Shown here: positions 52,745-64,000 of the stretch, piece after piece | How the letters are laid out: every line of letters starts with the position of its first letter | Numbering within the stretch: the first letter of the stretch is position 1 | Assembly (NCBI GenBank): GCA_965112155.1 | Contig: OZ218106.1 | Source of the DNA: Podarcis liolepis | Lineage: Eukaryota | Reading direction: 5' to 3' (one strand) | Length of the DNA: 64,000 bases | The notes under the pieces: generated by a model | Databases searched by the model: none | What the model was told of the DNA's origin: nothing | What the model saw: the letters and a program-made list of their open reading frames with translations, nothing else | Made by a program: the position numbers and the translations under genes

Positions 52745-55700
52745 ATGCTTTCTCATTACTCATTGTCCCTGCCTGATCATTTTTCATGAGGAATACATGG
52801 GAACATCAAAAAGCACAGCTGTATTCTGTTGAGCTTGTGATTCAGTAGGACCTGCAATAAACCAAGAAATCATTGTACAACACTAAACAGTGCTGCATCC
52901 ATGAAGAGCGAAAAAAATCACTTTAGTAACTGATGGTTTAGGATTTAAGAGAAACCGGTATGTTGGTAAAGTGCTATTATTTGCAGATGACATCCACTGC
53001 AATACTAGATTTAAGCATGGATTCAAGGGGCCAGTGGGGAGTTTCTGTTTGGTGGGACCTTCTAAGCATTCCTCATTGAAAACTAGTCGCGTATGCCCAG
53101 TCAGTTGCTCCCCAAACGCAAGGGAATTTGGGAAGCAATTTAATACTAGAAGTAGAAGTAGTTTGGGGCATGGAAGGGAACTCAGAAGCCTGCCCATTTG
53201 AAGCTTTCAGAATACTGTTCTTACTGTGTGGTGGGCTTTCCATATGTGAGCTACCCTCCTACCCTAAAAAAAATATTAATTGGTCAATAACTCCAGATCC
53301 TAAATGGCTAATCCAGTCATTTCCCCTTAGCTGAACATTTCTGTGACAGCCCAGCTGTGTGAGAAGCCCTCTGATTCAAGGCAGCATCAGCTAACTTGCA
53401 AAGAAAAAGAGTGATTTGGCCCTGGAAGGAGGAAGAGCTGAAATGAACTAGACTGGGAAAGAGTTTTGACAATGGAAATCTCCAAGATATGTGATCAAGA
53501 GATGATAAGAAACTAGCATGTGAGCAGCTCTTTCATTTTCCTAACACATCAAAGGGTTTGGAGCAGGCATGCTGCTGTTTTTGATGAATGGAAGCGAGAC
53601 CAGAGTGGTGGTGTGTGTACAGATGGGAGCAAATAGCTTAATTTTCCTTGGCTGTAAGTTGATCCTCAGGCTCCTTGCTTTGTATGGGATGTCTTTTCAT
53701 CAATACCTTGTGTCTATGAATGTTTTGGTAATATGGAAGCTAACTTTACACCCACAAAAAGCAAGAATCTGATACTATTAAAACCACCTATTTGGAGATG
53801 CCTATCTTAGCTACAGTGAAGCAGTGGTTTGTCTAGTGTGCTATCTTGTTACATGTTAAAAATTGATTTCCCAGTGTTTATTTTTCCCATCACCTTGTGG
53901 ATGCAATATGCTGTAAAATGCTTAACTAGAACTGACATCAGCCAAGCACCTGCTTTCCTCCGGCATTTCATTCTGTAAACCTTAGACTGTTGGGATCACG
54001 CTATCTTTCACAAGCAGCTGAGCTCCACAAACTAGGCTCTACTGAGGAGTCAGCATATTATGCAGCCATTACATTTCTGTTGCTGGCCTGAACAGATACT
54101 GGGGGTTTTTCTTCCACCTCTCTGGCAAATTTTTATCAGCTGGGTGCTTAACATTCTGATTCCTTGTGTTAACAAGAACTGCTTGTGCAGCATCTTCCTG
54201 ATATATTGCTGTTGACATGTATACTGTTCAGTTTGGTTCCAAATTTATGTAGGAAGAAATGTGTTTTTAAAAATAATTTTCTTGTGTTCTCAATAAAGTG
54301 CTCACTCAACTATTAAAAGGAACAATGAACGTACTGGGCTGGGAATGTTTGCAAATTGTTGCAGTCTGCACTTTTGATGTAGTTTGTACTGATAAACCTC
54401 TGTGTAAGGATTTCATATTCCTTTATACACCATTGCCACTTTTACATTCCATTCTGCAGCCTGGTCAAGTCCTTGAATTCCATCTACACTGCCTTTCCCT
54501 CCCAAGTACCCTTGTTCCTACTGTGCAAACACTCTTAAGCAGCAGATGGAGAAAAAGGCAGTTTTATCTTTGGTGACCGTGTTTCATATTACAGTACACT
54601 TATATTAAAGGCACAGGGTCAGCAGTCTGTTTCTCCTGACCAGTTGACAAGCCTACATCAGGCGGGTGGGGCTGAGAAAGTGATGCTACAAAGGCCAGAT
54701 AGTGAACGCCATGGCTATTAGAGGATTTGAATCTACATCTTCTCAGTCCAAGTCAAACCTTGTACCATAGGTGAGAATATTATTTACCAGAGCACATCAT
54801 GTACTACAATGCATTATGGCAATGTTCTGCCAGTATTACCTATGGTGACTGTGAGAGTAAATATCCCTTCAAAATATCCATGACACAAGAGAGAAAGTTT
54901 GCTTTTCCTGCTCAGTTCCTGTTTGCACTGGTTCAGCTACGTTCAATATACCCCTTAAATATACACACATATAATTTGATAGCAAGATTGGACCCACACC
55001 CTCCCATCCACTCTGAACAGATGAGAGGTGCAAAGAACTTCAGGTGCCTTTTCCCCATTGATGGAACAACTGATTGTTTGGGAGGAGAATGCCTGCATCA
55101 TTTTTGTGGCCTGCGCTTTTAGATGTGGCAGCCATTTTGTGTTATACCCACCCCACCCAGCAGCCTTTTTTTTGTGTGATGCCTTCACCGGAGCAATTTT
55201 GTGACTTGCACCCAGGGCACTTTCTCAAAATTCCAGATATGCCCACACATCCAAAAAAGTTGGCAGCCTTGCACTACAATTAAAAGAGTAACATTCATGT
55301 TAACTTACACGATGGTAATTCCCCCAGATGATATTTAGTTAACAGATATGTGGTGGGTGGTGAAAGTTTTGTGTATTATTTACTATATCTTATAGTTCTG
55401 TTATATCTTGTAGTTATATAATATTATAGTGAGTGCCAGGAGATAAGAAAGAGAAAGAGCCATGTAAGCAGTTAGGTGGCTAAGTCTCTCCTGCCTCCAT
55501 TTCATGGCTTTTGTGGACTTAAGGCAAGATTTGTGAACAGCAATACCGATAGTTTAGTGGCATTTCTGCACACTTAAGCAGGTGTATTTTACTAGTGCCC
55601 AGTCCCTGAGGCTGGCTTAAAGTTTCATAGGTATGAGCTCTAGTGTTTTATCCACTTCAGGGTCTTGACCTACTTTCCAAATACTCTGAGGCATAATTTT

Positions 55701-56225
55701 TAGTCCCACGCACAAGGAAGTGATCATTTACAGCAATTTTTTTGCAGGAAAAAGTTTTACAGGATTTAAGAAAATGTGGGCTCTAGCAGTGGAAAGCATG
55801 TCGGGATTAAATAATTTTCTCTAGCTCTGGCCAAAAAAATAATGAATGTATCCTTTGGCCAAGTTTTAAATTCTCCAGTTGATGTGCATGAAAGTCTGGC
55901 GGTGTCTGTGGACTTGGTGATAAATGTATTTCCAAATCTGCTTTGACTGAAGAAAATTCTGCTCTTTGGTACTGAAGCTTCAAGCATAGACTGTCATTTG
56001 AGCTCATAATTAACTTGCTGTAGGTCACTGCCCTCTTGGAAGGCTAATGTACAAGAATGGGAGGGTGATTATAGCTTGGGTGGCATTAAATACTTAATTT
56101 CAAGAGTAAGAAGAGCCAGGTGTTCAAGAATGCCAGGAAATCCATCCCATCCCCATCTGGTCCTCCTGAGAGAAACCAGGAATGGCCTCTGACTTGGATT
56201 CCCCTCTCCTCCAGAAAGAACCCAG

Positions 56226-56271
<46 letters not shown>
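56226..56271. repeat. Compound (CA)n(GA)n microsatellite
   Basis: Direct inspection; a similar tract at 31157-31191 and (TG)n at 56417-56448. Confidence 0.95.
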
Positions 56272-56273
<2 letters not shown>

Positions 56274-56410
56274 TCCAGTATGCCAATGGTGAGACAAAAT
56301 TACTTTGTTTTTGCTTTTTAATTAATTAATTAATTGTATCATATAGAGTAAGGCTTGGCATTGAAATTAGGCTGAAAATTATTTAGCCTCAGTATGAACA
56401 TATGAAGCAT

Positions 56411-56454
<44 letters not shown>

Positions 56455-57392
56455 CCTAGTACACATTAAGCAAGTTGATCTGAAGAAATGCCAGTGGATT
56501 TTTAGAAGTTAGCAGGTATGTAATACTGGTGGGTGTTATCAAAGCCCATTATGAACAGTTGTGACCGTTTTTTGTGGCTTTGTGGTAAGCAAGCACATAA
56601 TCCTGTTTCCCCCTGTTTCCCCTCATGCAGGCAACTCCCTTACTCTCTTTTTTTTTTTAACTCTCTTCCGGTATTTATTCTGTATGTGAGGGGCAAACGA
56701 TGAAGAAGTTTAAAGAACCACTCACCAGACTGAAACCATTTTATATGCATTTTACTTTGAAGCAGATTTTAGTTGTATCCAGTTCACATTAAAGTTGTAG
56801 AACTGGACCCAATGCTCAGTTCTCATTTTTGTCAGTTTAAAACAGTAACAAAGCTGCTTGTGTTTAGATCTTTGAAGCTATGAGGTCAAGTACTCCTTGC
56901 ATTAGCCTTCCTGTAAAATGCATTAGTGTGTCCCCGTGGAAAATCAAAACTCTTATGGACATAAGGTTTATAATGCTTCTAGTAGCATCTAAGCCCAGCA
57001 ATTAGGATCATTATCTCTGCACAGTTCTTGTTTCACTGACTTCATTATGAGCTAAGGCTAGCTGAACAATTCTTAAATGACACATTATAGATATTTAATA
57101 TTTATATTACTGCTGTGAAACAAAACAAATATTGATGTGTTTTCACCATAGATGAATCCAGCTTTTTCAAATCTTCGCAGTACCCCCCACTAGAAACAGA
57201 AAATGTTACATGAAGCTGTAAAATGTATATTCTGAAGTGCATATTGTACATTCCTTTTTCTATATATTTCCTTTATGCATAAGTTACATTTCAATTATTC
57301 TAGCAAGGGTTATAGAGGAACACACTATAAAAGCAAATGTTAACTACACACATATGTGGTAAGTTAATCATACATAGTTATAATTCTCTACC

Positions 57393-57990
57393 TGTCTTGT
57401 CTTGGCCAGAGGAATCTTCAGCAGAGGATGACCAAGAGGCCTTCGAATCAAGCCCTGGGTCACCTTCCATTCAGAGATGGGGAGCCAGGATTCTGCGACA
57501 AGCATGAGGAGGGTCTATCTGCACCCAGAGCGAGTTCTGACATCAAGAATGAATGTGCCCCAAGCCCCAAAAAGAGGTGATGCCTCAAACACTAAAAGCG
57601 AACCCAGCCCAACCCAACCAGGGAAGTGTCTGACTTCAAGCAAGGGTTCTTTAGGAGTAAAGGTTTCCTCAGAAATAAGACCCTCTACTTAAGAATACCT
57701 CTCTGGATAGAATGGATGGGAGTTAGCGGAGATTGTAGTCTGGTTCCAGCAGCTCCAGCTAAAAACCACAAGTGCCAGGGTGGAAACGCTGCTGGTACAA
57801 TGTCTATGTATCAGTACTGTGCGCTGCCTGCTAGCTTGATGTCCTGCCTACTCTAAATCGGAGCAAGAACTGCCCCTGACTTGCCTCTTGGCTTGGCTTT
57901 GCCCATGAACCAATTGGACCCTGACCTTGAACTGCTTTGACTTTATAGTCATGACTTGCTTGGTTAATCCTCTTTTCGTGAAGAACTTCA
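57393..57990 (+). mobile_element. Possible decayed Gypsy-type LTR
   Basis: TGTC start, purine-rich segment, TTAAG box, then repeated gactt/gacct motifs. Boundaries uncertain. Confidence 0.3.
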
Positions 57991-58054
57991 GCTGACTTGC
58001 CATCAAGGAAAATTCATGAAAAAAATGTTTATGGCATGCATGTTTGCTTTCTCC

Positions 58055-58147
58055 AAAGAAGGAAAGCCCACAACCTCCCGAGGAAGTCCATTCCATTGTC
58101 AGAACGTTCTTCCTGATGTTCAGTCTGAATCTTCTTTCTTGTAACAT
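58055..58147 (-). mobile_element. CR1 fragment
   Basis: [13 protein letters not shown] motif; matches 9860-9920. Confidence 0.75.
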
Positions 58148-61100
58148 GTTTGCTCAACTACAAGTGAAAGATTCAGGGTTATCTCTTTAAGGGGAAAGTT
58201 CAAAAATGAACCTAAGAGCAAAGTGCTTTTCCGTATTGCAGTGTGTCTTTCCATTCTGAAGGGAAGACTTCCTCATCTTTCTGGACACTGTGAAATCTAG
58301 TGTCATGTGTTTCACTCTTACTTCACTGCCTGGCATGCCAATGGCTCCCTAGAGGCTGTGCATCCTAAGAAATAGACTGGAGCATCATTTCCCAATCTGG
58401 CTGTGCTGGCTGGAGCTGATTGTTGTTATAGTCCAAAATATTTGAGGGTACCAGGTTGGGAAAAATTGGCCTGGAGCAATCTGGCAGCCATTCAGCGGAG
58501 AGGAAGAGGTTTGTGTTCAACTCTGCTCTTACTGGTTTGTCTGAACTCAGTAAGAAGACCAATACTGTACATACATGCTGTTAGACTAAATGCATCCTAC
58601 AAAATGGTACCAGCTGCCTTTATGTTTCTTTTATTAAGAATAAAGATAAATATGACTGCACTCAGAAGTTTCACAATGCACACATATGTCTTGGAACCCA
58701 AAGATTTTTAAAAAATAAAAATACACCTAAATGGCTATTAGTATTGTGTAGAAGACAATAAAGGGAGGGTGACACAGATGAACTTAATTATTATCTAAGA
58801 TTTGAGGTGTGGAATGTAAGATTTCTCAGTGTATTTTTTCTTCTTCATTCATTTGGCTCAGAACACTTACTTTACACAAAATAATAATTTTAAGTAGAAC
58901 ACTGAAGCACTGTAAATCTCAGTTCACAAAGTCTCTGCTCATTTTGAAACATTAGTGAACCAGAAACGAGAGACATATTTTAAAGCACAGACTAGGGAAT
59001 GGGGGGGGGGGGGTGGCAAGCCAACTTAAAATCTAAAATGAAGTACTTTAGATCCGCATAATAGAATTCCTTGTGATTTATGTGCAATGACTCTAAATTA
59101 ATGAAGTGTTACTTGCTCCAACATTGCTACAAGCTACCTGTTTGACCTCCCTCAGATAAGACATTCCTTTGAAACAATGGACTGTTAAGAAAAGTTGAGG
59201 GCATTCAGTGGAAATATCAGTTTGGCAGTCTAGGTCCTGCTAGTCAGGTGTCTTTTTCAAAATAACTTATTTATTTAGTATATTAATATCCTACCTTTCT
59301 TCTACCATGGAAGTCAACCTTTGTAGTTGTAGTCCAATCTATCTACCGAAAATTCGGTTGACATCAAACTAATTGCAAAAGAAGCCAGATGTGTCTTGTT
59401 TAATTTATACAAGCTATGTACTAAGCAAATACAAAATAAAGAAAATTATAATTAGGGAAACATTTTCAAAATTGGGTATTTCAGATAGTCACTACTCTAA
59501 CATGACCTAGCACTGAATTAACATTTAGTAGGCACACTAGGAAAATAATGGGTAAAAAAAACGGGAAGCAGAGGGAAGGACTAGATGGACAATGGGGGGA
59601 AGTGTACAGTAATTCTTACAAAAGACTGTAGTGTAGAATCAGGAGCAAGTCAAAGAATGGAAGCCAAGTTTGCAGATTACATCAAATTAATCAAGCGATT
59701 TGGCTCCTTCCTGCACCACCTTGATATGTCCCTATTCCAGCTGGTCGTTTTAAGATCAATTTATTTTTAATATGAGAGTTAAGGGACTAACCATTTCAGG
59801 TGTGCTCCAAAAGCATGGAAACTGTGGGTTAAAATCCAGTGGAAAATGGCACAAGGAATGATTGCACCAGAGAAGACATTACTTTCTCCCATGCAGAGGG
59901 ATGAAAGCTCAGGGGCAGAGCACATTCTTTGTAAGCAGAAGGTTCTATTGAGCAAGCCTTGCCATCCACAGTTAAAAGGATTAGATAGCTGTTGATGTGG
60001 TTTCTCCATGACACCATGGAGAGCTCCTGCCAGTTATAGAAACTTGGGTAGACGGTCAAATAGTCTGGCCTGGTTCTATGTCCACTAGGATCTTTTTTGC
60101 ATGGAGAACTTTTGTGCATCTGAACCCAACATGTGTGACTTCTTCCTTTCTCCATGTTTCATTCTGAACATACAAAAGAGCAATCAGTGAGCTCCTGGTT
60201 CAAACACAAAGTAAGAGCATGCTGATTACAGTAAATAAAGAAAGGTCTTATACCGATATTGCCTGTGGAGAATCCTGGAAACGATGTGTTCTCTTAATCC
60301 AATTATGATCCTGAAGGAATGACTCAGGCATCTTATCTCAGCAACGAAATATGAAGCCAGGGGAATGTTAGTACTAACGGCAACAAAAACAAGACTTAGC
60401 AGTTAAGACATGCAAAATGGGCACCAACTGGATTAAGAATGTTCTCTCAACTTCACCTCACTCTAGGCAAATATATTATATTGCCAGTAAAATATCAAAC
60501 AAGCTTTAAGCTCTGATAAGGTATTCTGGCACCCACATGTATCATCCAATGCCACCTTTGCAAGGTACTGCCATAAGCAGCCTATCATGGTGTGCTTAGC
60601 AGTAAGACTGGACCTAGCATTTTATACTGTAAGTCTTTGTTCCCCACTCATAAACTGCAGACAAAATTCATTATTTTATGATAAATAAAATGTCACTCTG
60701 CCCACAAATGAGCATTACATTAAAAAAAAAAAAATGCTTTCTTTTGCAATATGCAGGGTACTAAGATTTATAACAAGGTGAGTGTTAGAAACTGTTCAAA
60801 ATAATTTATAATCTAACACCTGGCATTGTGAGGTCCTTTTTTTAAAAAAAGGCTATTCAGTAGAGAACGTATCTTTTTATCTAATACCAGCTAATTTTTG
60901 AATCAAGGTGTTGTTAGTTCAGATTTCTGTACTGCCATACAAAGCTGCCATGTTCTTAGCTGAAATGCTCAGTGGATATGTTGAATCAGAAAATAATACA
61001 AAATAAAGGCAGCAGTGCATGAAAGCAAACCCTGAAAACACCAGTGTTTTGACACATGCTAGGTAATGTATGATGGCATTCTCCCTTCAATTTTCTTTGG

Positions 61101-62076
61101 GGACTCCTTGGAATATATAGCATATGTCAGTTATGATTTGCTTCTATGCTGCCTCCTTGTAAACAAATGTGTTCATGTGTTATTGAAGTGTAAATTCCAA
61201 CGCAAATTATCATGGGAGGAAATTCCACTATGTAATTCTCTTTGAACTTTATTTCTACACTTTTTCATTATTATTAAATTTGTTTTTCACTTTATCTTGC
61301 CCAGGCAACCAAAAAGATTTACAACCAAACAGACAGACAGCTCCACAGACAAGACACATGCTCTGCTCATGCCTGGTGGAGGGAAAACAAGCCTTGAAAA
61401 TAGTGTTCTAGGCTGGGTTGCCAGGTCACATGACCAAGATGACTAGTCTTGGGATCCTGGTTATGGCCCTCCTCTCTGGTCGGGCCCGTACTATGCCTGC
61501 AGAACAGCCCTTCTTGAAACTTACCTTGGCCTCAGCTCAGCCACTTACACTGTGCCAGGACTGATGGCTTCATGCTGGCTGAGCCCAACTGAATCAGGAA
61601 TCAGCCAACTGAGTCAGAGGTCCACTGCTTTCTAAGCTACTCATACCAATGGATTTTGCCATAGGATTGCCTCTTGAAGTTACCAATAAAAATCAGAAGT
61701 TAAAAAATGAGTTGCCCTTTACAGAACAATAGAATAACATAAGCAAAAAAAGAAAAGAGACTGCCCTGCTGTCACTCATTCGCTATAGCCTTCATGTGCT
61801 ACAGTCTGGTATGATTCAGAAAATGTCAAACCATGGTTTCCCTTTCTGTACACAAACTGGCACAAACCATGGGCTTAAGAGCTATCTCATTCTCCCTTTA
61901 CATTCCACAATTTCTTAACTTACTTCTGGGTTCTTGGCAAATAGTTTACTGTTTCATCTGAACCCACCAACTATTAAGTTGAAACTTCAAACTATGGTTT
62001 AGCTGTGGCTAAGCCAGTACAGGACTGTAATGAAGCATTTGTGGTGTCTTAGCTACATTTAACTGAATGCCTTGTA

Positions 62077-62296
62077 CAGTGGAACCTTGGTTTTCAAACG
62101 TAATCCGTTCTGGAAGACTATTCAACTTCCGAAACGTTCGAAAAGCGAAAATCAAAGGGCTGCCAACAATTTCAATGGGGAAAAAAGAGAAACGCGCCTC
62201 GAAAGACTTTTGAGTTCCAAAAAACGTTTGAAAACCGGAACACTTACTTCTGGGTTTTCAGCGTTCGGGAGCCAAAACGTTCCAAAACAGAGGCGT
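62077..62296. mobile_element. Truncated Tc1/mariner MITE
   Basis: TA-CAGTGGAACCTTGG left TIR; right TIR missing. Confidence 0.7.
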
Positions 62297-62315
62297 ATTT
62301 GCTTTTTCATCTTTT

Positions 62316-62373
62316 GTTACTCATTCCAACGCTAAGGTGTTACTCATTCCAAACCTTGCGTTACTCATTCCAA
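62316..62373. repeat. Three copies of GTTACTCATTCCAA with short spacers
   Basis: Units at 62316-62329, 62339-62352 and 62360-62373. Confidence 0.95.
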
Positions 62374-62639
62374 AACTACAGAAATGGGCAAGGAAGACAG
62401 TGAAGCAGCAAAAACAAAAGCAGCGAGAGGCGCCTAAGTAAAGGTCCAGCTTTGGACCTAACTTTGCAAACAGCAGCCTACTGGACCTCTGAGGCTATTA
62501 GCTAATGCACAATTCAACACGGGCTAGAGAAACCACCATCGCCATCATCACCATTACCGCATCCAGAATAGAGTTGCTAAATTGGGGTGGGTGCTGAATG
62601 CATAAAAATACTGGGCTGACCACTGTCCCTCCCTGGAAA

Positions 62640-63700
62640 TACATTCGGGGTCTGACTGAGCCATCTTCTAGGCACGGCCGTGAAGAGCAGCCGCTTTGCT
62701 CAAACGTTTCCCGGAACCGCTATCCCCGCTGAGCTCATTGCCACGGTAACATTCCCACCCGACTCGCATTAGTCACTATTCCTCCCACCTTTGGCTCGGC
62801 GCGTAAAAGCGCACGGATAGACAGCCGAGTCAGGAGGCGCACCCCCCCCCCATCTGCGCATGCTCTCATCTGCCTCCTCGCTCCCGGTCATGAATGAGGA
62901 GGGCGGGGCCTGAGAGGGGCCAGGGGGCGGGGCCCGAGGCTGCCTGCGACGGCCGACCTGGCAAGCACAGCGTGTGAGGGGGCCGGCGAAGGCGGGCGGA
63001 GCAGAGCGGAGTCTCCGCGCGGAAGGGGGAGGGGGCGCTTTCCGTTTTTAATTCGTGGTCGCGCGACAGTGTGGCTCCACATAAACAAAAGAGAGGGGGG
63101 GTCCCGTCGCCGTGCCGTTTCTTTACCTAGCTCGCGGCGGCCGTTGGGCGGCGGCGCCGTTGCCGAGGGACCGCCGTCATAGTCGTTTGGCGCTGCTGCG
63201 GCGGTTGGTGACTTAACGGACGCTGGTGGCCCTCGCGCGCGTGCGCACACGCGCCCACCCCTCAGCATGCCATGGGGAACAGCTGGGCGGCGCAGTGGTG
63301 CTGCTGGCTCTTCCCGAGGCGGGAAGCGGGACGGATCCAGCGAGGAGGAGGGTAAGCACGGGACGTGGAAGAGGAGGCGGGACGGGCAGGGCTGGCTGGC
63401 TGGCTGTGACTCCACCTTTTCGAGGTGGAGGGGGGGTGTTTAGGCAGTGCCCAGGTGGGATTGTAGGGCGAGTTGCCTCGCGGTTCAGCGGCGGAGTCTC
63501 GCGTCCCTTCAGGCTGACACTCAAGACGTGGCAGCTGCCTCAGGTGTTAATGGAGGGAGGAGGAATGCGAGTCTAGCGACGGCCATCACTCCACATTGCA
63601 TGTTCAGAGGCAGGGTATCTCTGAATGCTGCCGGGGAAGCAACAGCGGGGTGAGGGCTCTTTAGTTTGTGCGGCTCCCCCCCCCCCCCCCGGAAGCATTT
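62640..63700. promoter_or_regulatory. CpG island / promoter of AP1AR
   Basis: CpG-dense. GC boxes near 62901 and 62925, NRF1-like TGCGCATG near 62856, X-box-like 62737-62750, GAS palindrome 62708-62716. Confidence 0.85.
63272..63351 (+). CDS. AP1AR: AP1AR (Gadkin/gamma-BAR) coding exon 1; gene continues beyond the window
   Basis: gccATGG Kozak. MGNSWAAQWCCWLFPRREAGRIQRGG-G|gtaagc donor (phase 2) aligns with human MGNCCWTQCFGLLRKEAGRLQRVGGGG. Sits downstream of FAM241A as in mammals. Not in the supplied ORF track because it is short. Confidence 0.9.
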
Positions 63701-64000
63701 GATCGGTCTCTATGAGGAAACAGGATGCTCACGAGATGGACCTTCGGTGTGATCCAGCAGGCCTCTCATGCTCTCCTGCCTAATGTAATGCGAGATTATA
63801 GCAACAGGAATCTGTCGCAAAAGTTATAGGTGCCGTTTTTGCAGCTTAACCCAGTTCTTGGAGAGGGTGGAATGGTAGTGGGGAGTCGGCTGTGTGGCTG
63901 TTTTTCAAAAGTATATGGTTAGTCACGGGAAAACGCAGCGCCAGAATAGATTCACCTCCAGGCTGATGGGCTGTTTACCCCTCCCCCATAGGAAGGATTC

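Noticed and set aside
62316-62373. CRISPR-like repeat-spacer appearance
   Set aside because: Repeats of 14 bp and spacers of 7-9 bp are far too short; eukaryotic context with no cas genes.
62888-63653. Several ORFs of 68-175 aa over the AP1AR island
   Set aside because: GC-rich artefacts; the real exon is a different, shorter frame.

Overview
Vertebrate genomic DNA, almost certainly from a squamate and probably a lacertid lizard, judged from Podarcis-type Sauria SINEs, Squam3-like SINEs and BovB. It contains the complete two-exon FAM241A (C4orf32) gene on the + strand: exon 1 CDS 36331-36525 in a CpG island, exon 2 CDS 49149-49394, about 146 aa, with a long 3' UTR. It also contains the CpG-island promoter and first coding exon of AP1AR/Gadkin (63272-63351), the same gene order as in mammals. 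The first ~36 kb has no recognisable protein gene; by synteny it is probably the distal end of the PITX2 gene desert. It is filled with SINEs, CR1/L1/L2/RTE fragments, Tc1/mariner and hAT MITEs, three LTR/DIRS-like terminal repeats and a 200-N assembly gap. Nearly all ORFs in the supplied track are spurious or transposon remnants. I see no convincing wholly new multi-gene system. The most unusual items are: a TSD-flanked Penelope-like insertion carrying a hammerhead ribozyme core in the sense strand of the FAM241A intron; a CpG-rich DIRS/Ngaro-like repeat; an LTR containing tRNA-derived pieces; a triplicated AP-1/TEAD-like motif upstream of AP1AR; and N-terminal changes in both proteins relative to the human sequences as I recall them. 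Family assignments come from my recognition of motifs, not from database searches.
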